Translations under genes and position numbers: made by a program
The notes under the pieces: model-generated
What the model was told of the DNA's origin: nothing
The model's database searches: none
The model's input: only the letters and a program-made list of their open reading frames with translations
Assembly: GCA_963663765.2 (NCBI GenBank)
Contig: CAXXUA010000013.1
Coordinates: 544,001-608,000 of the forward strand
Direction of reading: 5' to 3'
Length of the DNA stretch: 64,000 nucleotides
Origin: Candidatus Poribacteria bacterium
GTDB taxonomy: Bacteria; Poribacteria; WGA-4E; WGA-3G
Shown: positions 20,621 through 30,788 of the stretch, piece after piece
How positions within the stretch are numbered: position 1 is the stretch's first letter
Layout of the letters: each line of letters opens with the position of its first letter

Positions 20621-20859
20621 TTGGATGCCTCCATTAGGATCGTCTTCCTATTTTGAAATGACTATATAGTTTTCTAAATAAATATACTCCACTCTTTTAT
20701 TGATAATGAAAATATACATCCGTTGGTATTTTGATTAGTTTATTGTGCATGTCACAATATTGAGTTGATATATCTGTTGTTTATTATGACAAAAGTATGA
20801 AATTTTGTCAAATACAATATAAAATATTTAGTGTTATCTGTATGTATTTTTATGAGCAT

Positions 20860-21663
20860 TTATTCCACTGCAACGATTGCAATCTTCCACTTATCAGCCT
20901 GTTTGCATAGAGTATCCACATTGATTATAAAGGTGCGTGTTGCTTCAACCGCCAAGGCGCTTCCTTTTACAGCGTGTACTGCTTCAAGTGTTTGCATACC
21001 TACTGTGGGGATGTCTATACGAAAATCATGATTGAGTGCAGCGGCTTTGGCAACAACAACACCTTTTCCTCCCAATGTTCCCCCACGTTGTATTGTCGCA
21101 TCAGTTCCTTCTATAGCTTCAATTGCAAGGATGAGTTGGTTTTTTACAACAACAGTTTGCCCGATTTCCATGTTTGCGATTTTGCGGGCTGTGGATATAC
21201 CTGTATTTATGTCTTCCCACTGTGCAACATTAGGTTTGTGTTTCGTAAGCACACCAGGTTCGGTAAGTAGATGTGACAGCAAAAAATCTTGTTGCAAAAT
21301 AGTTATACCTGCATTCTCAAAATGCTCAAGGATTGCTGAAATCAGTACTGCAGGTTTCTGACCTCGATTTTGAGCTAACAACTTGATCGTTGTTACGTCC
21401 ATTTGAAAGGGACGAAGTAAAATACTCGGTTCTATTTTCCCAATAATTACAAGTTCATTAACACCTAAATCCAGTAGTTTCTTGGTAATTTTCTGTATCT
21501 GTCCTACTCCATAATAGTATACTTCACTTAGAATACCATCGAATCGGGATTTTTCCTCTTTGGTGATTTGAATAATAATTGGTTTTAGACCTTTGGCGGC
21601 AGCAGACTGTGCAGCGAGAATTGGGAGTTCACCTGCTCCTGCAATGATACCAACTTTTTCCAT
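20860..21663 (-). CDS. lpxI: UDP-2,3-diacylglucosamine diphosphatase LpxI (DUF1009)
   Basis: GIIAGAGELP, EIGQTVVV, AIEAIEGTDATIQR, DFRIDIPTVG motifs. Confidence 0.88.
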   Translation of the reverse strand: MEKVGIIAGAGELPILAAQSAAAKGLKPIIIQITKEEKSRFDGILSEVYYYGVGQIQKITKKLLDLGVNELVIIGKIEPSILLRPFQMDVTTIKLLAQNRGQKPAVLISAILEHFENAGITILQQDFLLSHLLTEPGVLTKHKPNVAQWEDINTGISTARKIANMEIGQTVVVKNQLILAIEAIEGTDATIQRGGTLGGKGVVVAKAAALNHDFRIDIPTVGMQTLEAVHAVKGSALAVEATRTFIINVDTLCKQADKWKIAIVAVE

Positions 21664-21700
21664 GTTTTTGCCAATATTTATATTGATGTCTAACATATTT

Positions 21701-21837
21701 TATAGTAGATTTTAGAATTATTTTTACACTTTCAGGTGCAGGAGGTAACTCCGATTCCCGACTATCAAGGCGTTCAGTCGCGATTCGGAGATCGCTCCTA
21801 CAAAAAAAGTGTAAACTTAATTGTATATTTCACTATA
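21701..21837. mobile_element. 137-bp TA-flanked MITE carrying a GTAG-type REP doublet, copy 1
   Basis: Imperfect 31-bp IRs TATAGTAGATTTTAGAATTATTTTTACACTT / AAGTGTAAACTTAATTGTATATTTCACTATA; near-identical to 23429-23580. Confidence 0.8.
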
Positions 21838-22193
21838 AGGAAACTTAATGTCAAAAATATAGATTTTTCATTGTAAAGGATAACATAAGGATGAAATAAT
21901 GAAAACAGAAAAAGTAAGAAGTAGAATATACACATTACTAAACCGAATTATCCATAATTAGTCATACTAATTGTAAATATCTGATTTTTCCTGTCTTTAT
22001 GTTTCTCATTTCCTTGAATATACGTTATAATAGATAGGTATGATTTAAGTTATAGACTTCAAATCAGTTGAGATATATCTGGAAAATCTGATTCTTATCC
22101 AGTATTATCTGACGAAAATATTATGGTTTTAGATTAAAGCAGTTTTTGATCAATACTGCTTGAGAATTTCAGTTTAATTATAGGAGATTTAAC

Positions 22194-23360
22194 ATGCTTT
22201 TTAGAAACTTGAAGATGTTCGCGTTCACCTTGACAATTGTTGCGTTGTTTGTTGGTCTTTCTGGCTGTGAGAAGGTTATTACGACGGTGACAGATCATCA
22301 TGTAGAAGAGGTAATGATTGGTATCGCCCTTGCAGAGACAGGTGCTAACGCCTCACCGTATGGACGTCCAATGAAACGGGGACTTGATTTAGCAAGAGAA
22401 GAGATTAATATGCTCGGTGACATCCGCATCACGTTCGTTCGTGCGGACGCTAAAAGCACCGTAGAGGGTGGTGTTGAAGCCGTTCAACAACTGGTGGATC
22501 AAGACGTGCCAGTAATCATTGGGATTGGCATCTCTACCCATCTTGAACAGGCATTTCCGATTGCACAAGAAGCAGGTGTGGTTGCTATTAGTCCCATTTC
22601 CTCTGCTGCTGGTTTGAGTAGTCAGGTTGGGAATTATGCCTTCCGCATCGGTCTTGCTACAGATGTTTTGATGCCTATTGGCGTGATGAGAACTAAAGAG
22701 AAACTCAATTATGAAAATGTGGCAGTGATATATGATGAAGCGGACACATACTCTACAAGTGTAAAGGTGGAGTTGGACAAGGCTCTTACGGCGAACAACG
22801 TTACAAATCTATCCACAGAAACCTTTGAAACCCACGCTACCGATTTTACGATGCAATTAACGAATATAATGAACCTTGATCCGCAGCCTGATGCTCTCTT
22901 TGTTGCTGCACTATCAGCAGAGATGGTTCAGATTATCAAGCAAGCTGATGAACTCGGTATCACTGACACGGTAAATTTAATTGTGCCAGATTTGACGAAC
23001 GCCGAAGTAGAAAAAGCGGGTACAGCTGCTGAGGGTGCGGTAGCTTTTGCGGGATGGTCAGGTCTGTTTGATACACCAGGAAACCAGGACTTCACACAGA
23101 ATTTTATGGAAAAACACGGTTTTGCACCAAGTCCATGGGCTGCCCAAGCTTATGCTACTCTCTATATACTTAATAATGCACTTAAGAATGCCGATTTGAC
23201 AGATGCAGCTTCAATCCGGGATGAACTGGCAAAAACAAAGGATTATACAACAATATTAGGGGATTTCTCATTTGACGAAAACGGTGAAGCAATATATGAA
23301 CTACATGAGGAACGAGTTGCTCTTATCGTAGAGAATGGAAAACTTAAAGTCTTGGAATAA
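22194..23360 (+). CDS. branched-chain amino acid-type (LivJ-like) ABC substrate-binding lipoprotein
   Basis: GLSGC lipobox; IGIALAETG..SPYG, GLDLAREEIN, TDFTMQL, AQAYA, GDFSFDENG. Confidence 0.88.
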   Translation: MLFRNLKMFAFTLTIVALFVGLSGCEKVITTVTDHHVEEVMIGIALAETGANASPYGRPMKRGLDLAREEINMLGDIRITFVRADAKSTVEGGVEAVQQLVDQDVPVIIGIGISTHLEQAFPIAQEAGVVAISPISSAAGLSSQVGNYAFRIGLATDVLMPIGVMRTKEKLNYENVAVIYDEADTYSTSVKVELDKALTANNVTNLSTETFETHATDFTMQLTNIMNLDPQPDALFVAALSAEMVQIIKQADELGITDTVNLIVPDLTNAEVEKAGTAAEGAVAFAGWSGLFDTPGNQDFTQNFMEKHGFAPSPWAAQAYATLYILNNALKNADLTDAASIRDELAKTKDYTTILGDFSFDENGEAIYELHEERVALIVENGKLKVLE

Positions 23361-23428
23361 TCCAAGTTTGAATTACTACAAAACAGAAAAGGCATCATCG
23401 GCATATTGCTGGTGGTGGCTTTTCTGTT

Positions 23429-23580
23429 TATAGTAGATTTTAGAATTATTTTTACACTTTCAGGTGTAGGAGGGAACTCCGATTCCCGACTATCAAGGCG
23501 TTCAGTCGCGATTCGGAGATCGCTCCTACGGAGATCGCTCCTACAGAAGAAGTGTAAACTTAATTGTATATTTCACTATA
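23429..23580. mobile_element. TA-flanked MITE carrying a REP doublet, copy 2 (internal 15-bp duplication GGAGATCGCTCCTAC)
   Basis: Direct repeat of 21701-21837; 152 bp = 137 + 15. Confidence 0.8.
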
Positions 23581-23665
23581 ACCAAGTTTTTTTTGGACTT
23601 TGCAGTCGGGTTGATAACCCTAATCACATAGGTGTCTATTTAAGAATAAAATGTTGTTGTTTCTC

Positions 23666-23737
23666 TTGTAGGAGGGGTTTGTAACCCCGATTTTACAGGA
23701 TTCAAATTGTTAAATCAAGGTTACAAACCCTCCTACA
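23666..23737. repeat. GTAG-type REP doublet
   Basis: TTGTAGGAGGGGTTTGTAACC ... GGTTACAAACCCTCCTACAA. Confidence 0.7.
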
Positions 23738-23752
23738 AGAAGTGCTAAGAAA

Positions 23753-26737
23753 CTATTCACGTGCTACTGGTGTGATTTTCAACTTCACCTCTTTCCCATC
23801 ACGGATGACAACGATCTCCACAGGTTCCCCGACTTTTACAGCATCAAGTGCATAAGTAAGGTCATAGATGTTGGTAACCTTTTTAGTACCGAGTTTTACT
23901 ATGACATCCTCACTCTTTATGCCTGCTTTTTCTGCGGGACCACCAGCAACAACACCTGACAGTTTCACACCTTCACCTTCTGTTGTATAATCAGGAATAG
24001 TGCCTAAGTATGCACGCATTGATGCACGACTTGCTTGTCCGGGTGCGTTGCGTTCAACCTTTACGTATTCCGGTCTTTCCTCCGCACTGATTAAGTCAGA
24101 AATCACACCATAAGCAAGACTTGAGATGCGTTCTAAACCCGCATAGTTCAGTGTGTCAGGATCATCGGAAGGACGGTTATAATTCTGGTGTAAGCCTGTA
24201 AAGAAACTGAGCACTGGTACATTCTTTGGATAAAATGCTGTCACATCTGTTGGCATATACGGATCTTTAATAAGTGTGATATTTAGTCCTATGGGCACAT
24301 TCCGTTTCTCAATAATATTTGTCCACACAGGAGAAGATCCGATACCTTGTATAGTAAGTTTGTTATTGCGGAGTCGTCCCACCATATCAAAGTTGATGTA
24401 AGCAGCAACTTGTTCTAATGGCAATGTAGGTTTATTAACAAAATGTGTAGAACCGATAAGACCGAGCTCTTCACCCGACCACAGTGCAAAGATAACGCCT
24501 CTTTTGAACTTTTCTGGGTGGTTTTTGCGTTCTTCACTGAACATTTCTGCTAATTTTAGAACGACAGCAGTACCAGATGCGTTATCATCGGCACCGTTAT
24601 GGATTTTCTTTCTGTTTTCTCCTTTAGCAAGCGAACCTACCTCTCCGTAACCGATATGGTCGTAGTGACCACCAACGATTATGTATTCGCTCTTTTCAGT
24701 TTCAGTAGTGGGAGGAAGCATTGCAATGACATTCTTGTCTGATGTCTTTTTCTTTTCTAAGGATGCAGATACCTTGAGTTTTACATCGGGAATAGCGAAT
24801 TGTCCGACATAGTGTGGATTCTCTATGTCAAGACCGGTCTGTACCTCTTTCAAGTTTTTGCCAGTAGTTGCTAAGAGTGCATTAGCAACTGTGTGGGTAA
24901 TTGAACCCGCGACAATACCGCAATCAGGACTTCTATTATCAAATGTTAGAGGGATAATTTTGCCAGCATTTTGGGAGTTCGGACCTGATACGGTCAGGAA
25001 CGCTTTCGCGCCTTTATCCCGTGCTTGTATTGCTTTGTAACGTATCCCCGCATACCGAATCAACTGTTGTTTACGTTCGTTCTTCACACCTTCCGGTACA
25101 TAACGAAGTGCAATAACGATTTTGTCCTTTACATCAATTCCTGCGTAAGAATCATAGTTTTCTCCCGAATTTTCAGGTGCTGACAATCCATATCCGACAA
25201 AGACCACTTCGCCTTCCACTTCACCATTACTTGAAAACGAGAAAGGTAGAAAATCTTGCTTTACAGCAAATTTGAGCTGCTCCTCAGTGCCATCAATTTT
25301 ACGTGTAAGTAGGAAGTTATTTTCTTCGGGTATGAGTTTGCTACCAGCATTGAAATCAAAGGTTTGGAAAAAACCACCGTCTTCACCTGCTGGCTTGATA
25401 TTGTGTTGAGTCATAAAATCAGCGATATAATCTGCAGCAAGTTTTGAACCTTCAGAACCTGTCATCCTACCTTCTAAATCATCACTTGCCAGATATTCAA
25501 CATGTTGTTGGATGCTACTTTTTACCTCAACTTCAAATTCGGCATAAGCTGGTTCGACTTCATGAACTTCTTCTCCTCTGTCATTGATTCTTGATACCTG
25601 TCTTGTAGGTGAAACGGAAATTGCATCTAATGCTGCTTGATGATCCCATGTCGCGAGATAGAGTTGTGACACCTTTTGATTGTTGCGATTTGAGGTCCAA
25701 CACAAGCGGTTTCCATCCGGTGAAAACACGGGTAATCCATCAAACCCATCAGTTGAGGTGATTTGAATAGGCTCATGTCTTCCTATGGCATCTACAATAA
25801 ATAGTTCAAAATTAGCAAAACCGAGTTTGTTAGATGCGAAAATGGCGTAAGCACCACTGGGATGAAAATAGGGTGCCCAAGACATACTGCCGAAATTGGT
25901 TAGCCGTTGAACGTCAGAACCGTCTAAACGCATTGTATATATGTCCGCTGTTTTTCCATCAGGAGAAAAATACCGCCAGACGATACGTTGCCCATCCGGT
26001 GTGAAAAATGGACCGCCATCATAGCCGGGTGAATCAGTCAAACGCGTTTGGTTAGAACCGTCGGCATTCATAATATAGATTTCACCGAAATAGGAAGGAT
26101 CCACTTCAAATTGTTTAAGTGCTTTTGGAGAGAGATTACTTTTTGGATATGCATCCCGCAAAGAACAGAAGACGATGTATTTTCCATCAGGAGAATATGA
26201 CCCTTCTGCATCGTAGCCATGTGCGTCTGTCAACTGCTTGAGGTTGCCACCATCGCTATTTGCTGAAAAGATGTCCATTGCTTCATCGTAATCCCAACTA
26301 TACCTTCGTTCCTTTCCAGATGCTCTAAAGTTGAGTTCTTCCTTCTGTTTTGCTTCTGCGAAAACGTCGTGATGGGTAGATGCATATAGGACGTGATCAC
26401 TACCCGGACGAAAGAAAGCACAAGTTGTTTTTCCGATTCCAGGGGAGACTCGGTGGGTGTCACCTGTCAATAGGTTTAGTGTGTATATTTGAAAGAATGG
26501 GTTTTCAGGTTCACGTTCACTTTGAAATATGAGCGCGTTTCCATCTTCCGAAAAATATCCTTCCCCCGCACGTTTCCCGTCATAAGTAAGTTGTCTGATA
26601 TTCGTAAGGAATTCTGCCTCATCAACTGTATTTGCGTCTGTTTTTTCGTCCGTAACGTCTTGAAGTCCTGCATAACTCATGGAAAAAACAGTTATGAAAA
26701 TCGTACAAACAAGACATATCAATTTAAAGCGGTACAT
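23753..26737 (-). CDS. secreted M28 family peptidase with TolB-like (PD40) propeller, PA and PDZ domains
   Basis: Signal peptide; FSPDG/YSPDG repeats; VVFVGYG PA domain; GHYDH, GADDNASG, GEELGL, NFDMVG; C-terminal GGPAEKAGIK PDZ. Confidence 0.9.
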   Translation of the reverse strand: MYRFKLICLVCTIFITVFSMSYAGLQDVTDEKTDANTVDEAEFLTNIRQLTYDGKRAGEGYFSEDGNALIFQSEREPENPFFQIYTLNLLTGDTHRVSPGIGKTTCAFFRPGSDHVLYASTHHDVFAEAKQKEELNFRASGKERRYSWDYDEAMDIFSANSDGGNLKQLTDAHGYDAEGSYSPDGKYIVFCSLRDAYPKSNLSPKALKQFEVDPSYFGEIYIMNADGSNQTRLTDSPGYDGGPFFTPDGQRIVWRYFSPDGKTADIYTMRLDGSDVQRLTNFGSMSWAPYFHPSGAYAIFASNKLGFANFELFIVDAIGRHEPIQITSTDGFDGLPVFSPDGNRLCWTSNRNNQKVSQLYLATWDHQAALDAISVSPTRQVSRINDRGEEVHEVEPAYAEFEVEVKSSIQQHVEYLASDDLEGRMTGSEGSKLAADYIADFMTQHNIKPAGEDGGFFQTFDFNAGSKLIPEENNFLLTRKIDGTEEQLKFAVKQDFLPFSFSSNGEVEGEVVFVGYGLSAPENSGENYDSYAGIDVKDKIVIALRYVPEGVKNERKQQLIRYAGIRYKAIQARDKGAKAFLTVSGPNSQNAGKIIPLTFDNRSPDCGIVAGSITHTVANALLATTGKNLKEVQTGLDIENPHYVGQFAIPDVKLKVSASLEKKKTSDKNVIAMLPPTTETEKSEYIIVGGHYDHIGYGEVGSLAKGENRKKIHNGADDNASGTAVVLKLAEMFSEERKNHPEKFKRGVIFALWSGEELGLIGSTHFVNKPTLPLEQVAAYINFDMVGRLRNNKLTIQGIGSSPVWTNIIEKRNVPIGLNITLIKDPYMPTDVTAFYPKNVPVLSFFTGLHQNYNRPSDDPDTLNYAGLERISSLAYGVISDLISAEERPEYVKVERNAPGQASRASMRAYLGTIPDYTTEGEGVKLSGVVAGGPAEKAGIKSEDVIVKLGTKKVTNIYDLTYALDAVKVGEPVEIVVIRDGKEVKLKITPVARE

Positions 26738-26932
26738 CTTAATCTCTCCTATGATCGTAATATGTTCATTGATTCCAATCGCATTACGTTTACATCGTAT
26801 AAATTGTAGCAGGACTTAAGCAATTTTCATGGTTTTCTCAAGAATTGTATAGAAAAGAATGTAATATTCAATACAATTCTGTGTTTCCAGCGCGCTTACA
26901 AAGCTCGCCTCCCGTTGGGTGCCTAAGTCCTA

Positions 26933-27784
26933 TTATAGGTACTCAGCTGCTTTCTGTTTGAGAAATGCAAGTCCATCTGAAGCGAGACTTTCTGCACTCG
27001 GTGCAATATCGCGCCAGATGCAAGTTGCAGCAGCAATCTCTTTGACAGCAGGTGTGAACGACTCAATAACAAGCCATCTATCATAGTTAACTTTTGCCAA
27101 AGCACCAAAAACACCATCCCAATCAACAAGTCCTGTCCCCGGTGTGCCTCGGTCATTTTCACAACAGTGCATGTGATGTAGCAAATCACCTGTATTAACA
27201 ATCGCATCTGCTTGATTTTTCTCTTCAATGTTCATGTGGAATGTATCTAAATGCACCTTAAAGTAGGGACTACCTACTGCTTGACTAAGTTTTACACCGT
27301 CTTCAGCGATGTTGACAAAATAGGTTTCAAAACGGTTCAACGGTTCACTTGCAAGTGTAACACCGTGTTTTCCACTAAATTCTGCTACTTCTTGCAGACC
27401 TTCAACACACCATTCCCATTCCTGATTGTTTCTACCGCGTCCGACAAGTTTACCAACAGCACTATACATAGGTCCGACAAGTGTATCAGCACCCAATTCA
27501 GCGATCACTTCAACGGTGCGTTTGAGATAGGTTTTCGCGTTTTCACGAATTTTTGGGTCTTCGTCAATTGGATTCCTATCACCACCCATGATATTGCACC
27601 CAATGGTTTCTAAACCAGTATCTTTTAGAATTGCTTGGGTATAGGGAATGTCCACTGTATCAGGATCAAAAACGGGAATTTCAACTCCATCAAAACCCAG
27701 CTCTGCAACCTTTGGAATCAGGTCAGCAGTTTCTTTGTCGAATTTATCTGCCCATAATAATAAATTTACACCAAACTTTGGCAT
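26933..27784 (-). CDS. sugar phosphate isomerase/epimerase, D-psicose/D-tagatose 3-epimerase family
   Basis: GFDGVEIP, EPLNRFE, LDTFHMNIEE, H.CENDRG.PG.G, VIESF; ATG at 27784 with AAGGAG RBS. Confidence 0.9.
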   Translation of the reverse strand: MPKFGVNLLLWADKFDKETADLIPKVAELGFDGVEIPVFDPDTVDIPYTQAILKDTGLETIGCNIMGGDRNPIDEDPKIRENAKTYLKRTVEVIAELGADTLVGPMYSAVGKLVGRGRNNQEWEWCVEGLQEVAEFSGKHGVTLASEPLNRFETYFVNIAEDGVKLSQAVGSPYFKVHLDTFHMNIEEKNQADAIVNTGDLLHHMHCCENDRGTPGTGLVDWDGVFGALAKVNYDRWLVIESFTPAVKEIAAATCIWRDIAPSAESLASDGLAFLKQKAAEYL

Positions 27785-27881
27785 AACTGTCGTTCTCCTT
27801 ATTGTCAATTATTGGATTTTTTACAATGAACTATCATGTCTTACAAAAGTTATGTTTTTAACATCTGAGATGTGTGAAGAA

Positions 27882-29645
27882 TTATTCAGGTTGATATTCA
27901 GATGCTAACACAAAATAGAAATGACATATTAGACTTTCATTCTTTTGATTAGATAGTTCAGAATTTAAACTTTCAATATCTTCAAATTCCAAACGTGTAC
28001 CTGCGGGGAGAAAAATAGGATTGTTGTAATGGTAAACCTCGCTCCACTTAATATCAGACTTCATTACCCATAACATTTTAATCTGTTCACCCGTTGGCGT
28101 AATGGCAACAATTCGCATATCATGATTATATACTTGTAACGATGGATACGCATTTAAGATATACACATCCTTTTTTAACCGATACGACGAAACAACATTT
28201 TGTTGATTGGAATATCCTGTCATGGTGACTTTGTGCAACTTAGCAGTATCTGTTTTATCGGTAAAATATACACCTATGAGCATGCTTTTTTCTCTCTGAT
28301 TGTCACTATTGTGTAACTGCATTTCAAGGATGATTTCTCCCTTCTTAGGTAATAAATACCCAACTCCATCTGGCATGAATGTTGGTACAACCCCTGGTGT
28401 CCAAGTCCAATCAATTCTGTTTATATTGTCTTGTGTAATTGGCTTTTCAACTGATTTTGTTGATCTGTCTTCAGGACTAACCATCTTCTGCGATTTTCTT
28501 TTTGATCCAATAACAGCGTTGATACGACGTATATTGAACCCACTATCTAACTGAAAATCAATTCCCCGCACATATTTTTCTTCTTCAAAGTTAGTAGGAA
28601 TAACAAGCGAGATAGCTATATCATGCCCTTGTGGCAATTCATCAAGACTGGCAGTTTTAATTACCAAGTCAGGTTCTCCGTGTCTCCATTTATCTGAAGG
28701 CTGTGTTATTGGTTCGGTTTTGACTTTGGAACCTTCTGGTGTGTCAGTTTCAACCCATTTTTTGAATGTCTCAATTTCAGCATCAGTAAGTCGTCTTTCG
28801 TTCTTGAAATCACCGTAACCATCACCTAATCTCCAGGGAGGCATTTGTTTTGCTTGCGTGTATTCCAAGATTTTAGTTGCATGTGTCTTTGCATCGGCAT
28901 AGTTGGAGAAAGTGAGTGGCGCGATTCCATCCGCTTGGTGGCATGTTTGACAGTTCTTTTGGATAAGTGGCGCGATGTGTTCGCTATAGGTAATATTATT
29001 TTCGTTAGTCACTTCTGGGAGATGAATCGTACAACCAAATGCTGGAGTTTCCTTCACTAACAATGTTTTTCCATCAAACACTGCAACGAGTGCGTCTTTA
29101 AGATAATTGTGTTTAACACGCGTTATAATGCGATTGTCGTCTATCGGACCGCGGTATCGTAGCGTACTGGAGGCATCAATAAGATGTGCTTGTGGGGTCA
29201 TTGTTCCACCAAGATGACGTGCCAAACTACCATCAATGTCCTTGACGATTGGAAACGAAAACTCCGCTTTCTGAACATAAGCTTGAACATCTTCCAAAGA
29301 GTCATTTTCGTTGGCATACACACCAACAAACGTAACATTTTTTTCAGCAAATTCAGCATGCATCCTTCTTAGCCGCAATGTATATCGCTGCGCAACAGGA
29401 CATTCTGTAGACAGAAATACAAAGATAACGGGTCCTTGCTTGGTCAGTGTATCAAGTTTATATGTATTATCTTTTATTGTTGAAAAGGTGATGTCGTTGA
29501 TTTGGGAATCAATTGTAACTTGCCCCTTTTGTGTAGATGATTCCTGAATGACACGATTTTTTGGTGAAATCGTAAAATCTTCTGCTGCTTGCACAGATAG
29601 AGACAGTATTAGAATGTGGAAGATAATTGTAATCTGGTGTTTCAT
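27882..29645 (-). CDS. secreted redoxin (AhpC/TSA) + CxxCH + copper-monooxygenase-like domain protein
   Basis: STECPV, TPQAHL, YRGPIDD, GCTI redoxin; NCQTCH ... MPPW heme-like module; W.HGEPDL and WTPG monooxygenase-like segment. Confidence 0.75.
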   Translation of the reverse strand: MKHQITIIFHILILSLSVQAAEDFTISPKNRVIQESSTQKGQVTIDSQINDITFSTIKDNTYKLDTLTKQGPVIFVFLSTECPVAQRYTLRLRRMHAEFAEKNVTFVGVYANENDSLEDVQAYVQKAEFSFPIVKDIDGSLARHLGGTMTPQAHLIDASSTLRYRGPIDDNRIITRVKHNYLKDALVAVFDGKTLLVKETPAFGCTIHLPEVTNENNITYSEHIAPLIQKNCQTCHQADGIAPLTFSNYADAKTHATKILEYTQAKQMPPWRLGDGYGDFKNERRLTDAEIETFKKWVETDTPEGSKVKTEPITQPSDKWRHGEPDLVIKTASLDELPQGHDIAISLVIPTNFEEEKYVRGIDFQLDSGFNIRRINAVIGSKRKSQKMVSPEDRSTKSVEKPITQDNINRIDWTWTPGVVPTFMPDGVGYLLPKKGEIILEMQLHNSDNQREKSMLIGVYFTDKTDTAKLHKVTMTGYSNQQNVVSSYRLKKDVYILNAYPSLQVYNHDMRIVAITPTGEQIKMLWVMKSDIKWSEVYHYNNPIFLPAGTRLEFEDIESLNSELSNQKNESLICHFYFVLASEYQPE

Positions 29646-29774
29646 AAGTTTGTATTTTACTATTGAAGCGTGTTTTGAAGTACATATCAGTATATCTATA
29701 TTGAGTGTAAACGTCAACTGTTTTTTATAGGTGTGAGTAGGGGCATTCAATTGTAGAAATTTACTCTTATAGTA

Positions 29775-30788
29775 ACGTGAGTTTGATAAATAGTTTTAGT
29801 TGTTACATATCATTGGATATGGATAATTAATTTCCTTGAGTTCTTTGCGTTTGAGTGAGGGTTTTTTCTTCAAATAGGTATAAGCGATCAAGGCAGCAAC
29901 TGTATTGACTTGGAAGTTAGCATAACTTCTATGCCGTGTATGTTGGATCTCTGTCTGAGTTTTGAGTTCTTTATTCACCGACTCAATGAGCATCCGTTTT
30001 TTCAAGAGTTCTGCGTCAGCATCAGACAAGGGTTCGGGTTTCATGTTCTTACGCACTTTGTAAACGAGTGACACACCTCCATCCCGCAGTTTATCCCGCA
30101 GCTCTTTGTTGATATACCCTTTATCGGCATAAAGTTTGCCAAATAGGCCTTTGGTCAACTGTGGCACAGGTTTCCGGTCATCCGTGTTTCCGGGTGTCAC
30201 CATAGCAGACAGCAGTTCACCTTGATCATTGATGACGAGATGCAGTTTGAACCCGTAGAACCATCCCATAGAGGTTTTGGATCGTTCTGCCCCATCAGAG
30301 AAGACACGATTCGCTGAAATCCGACGATTATGGCAAACTGGAAGTGGCGTTGAGTCAATGAAGGAAGTCCCATTACATTCACCGAAACGGGTGTTTAGAA
30401 GAATAGACAACGGCATCAAAACCTCTTGTGCAAGCTGCACAAACCGACTATAGCTGACAAGGTTTGGAAACGCCCAACGGAGGTTGCTACAGACATGCTC
30501 TTGATAATAGGTTTTGAAGTTTTTACACTTATGTTGATGAAAATAAATAAGTATCGTCATAACTTCGCTAGGATGAAGACGCCTGGGTCTGCCACGGGTA
30601 TTGCTTGTCCCGGGTATTTCTGGCAACTGGTGTTTTGCTTGATATTGTAGATACGCAAGAAAAAAATCGTCAATTATACAGAAAAGTGTTATGATATCCA
30701 TCAGAGAACTCCTTATGTAAGTATTTGGAATACTTCATAATAACAAAGGGGTTCTCTATTTACCAGTTTTTAATTATCAAACTCACGT
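29775..30788 (-). mobile_element. IS982-family insertion sequence (1014 bp)
   Basis: Perfect 15-bp IRs ACGTGAGTTTGATAA / TTATCAAACTCACGT; 7-bp target duplication TATAGTA (29768-29774, 30789-30795). Confidence 0.95.
29796..30701 (-). CDS. IS982-family DDE transposase
   Basis: LFCIIDDF, IDSTPLPVC, GWFYGFKLH, YADKGY, KRMLIESV; intact ORF. Confidence 0.95.
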   Translation of the reverse strand: MDIITLFCIIDDFFLAYLQYQAKHQLPEIPGTSNTRGRPRRLHPSEVMTILIYFHQHKCKNFKTYYQEHVCSNLRWAFPNLVSYSRFVQLAQEVLMPLSILLNTRFGECNGTSFIDSTPLPVCHNRRISANRVFSDGAERSKTSMGWFYGFKLHLVINDQGELLSAMVTPGNTDDRKPVPQLTKGLFGKLYADKGYINKELRDKLRDGGVSLVYKVRKNMKPEPLSDADAELLKKRMLIESVNKELKTQTEIQHTRHRSYANFQVNTVAALIAYTYLKKKPSLKRKELKEINYPYPMICNN

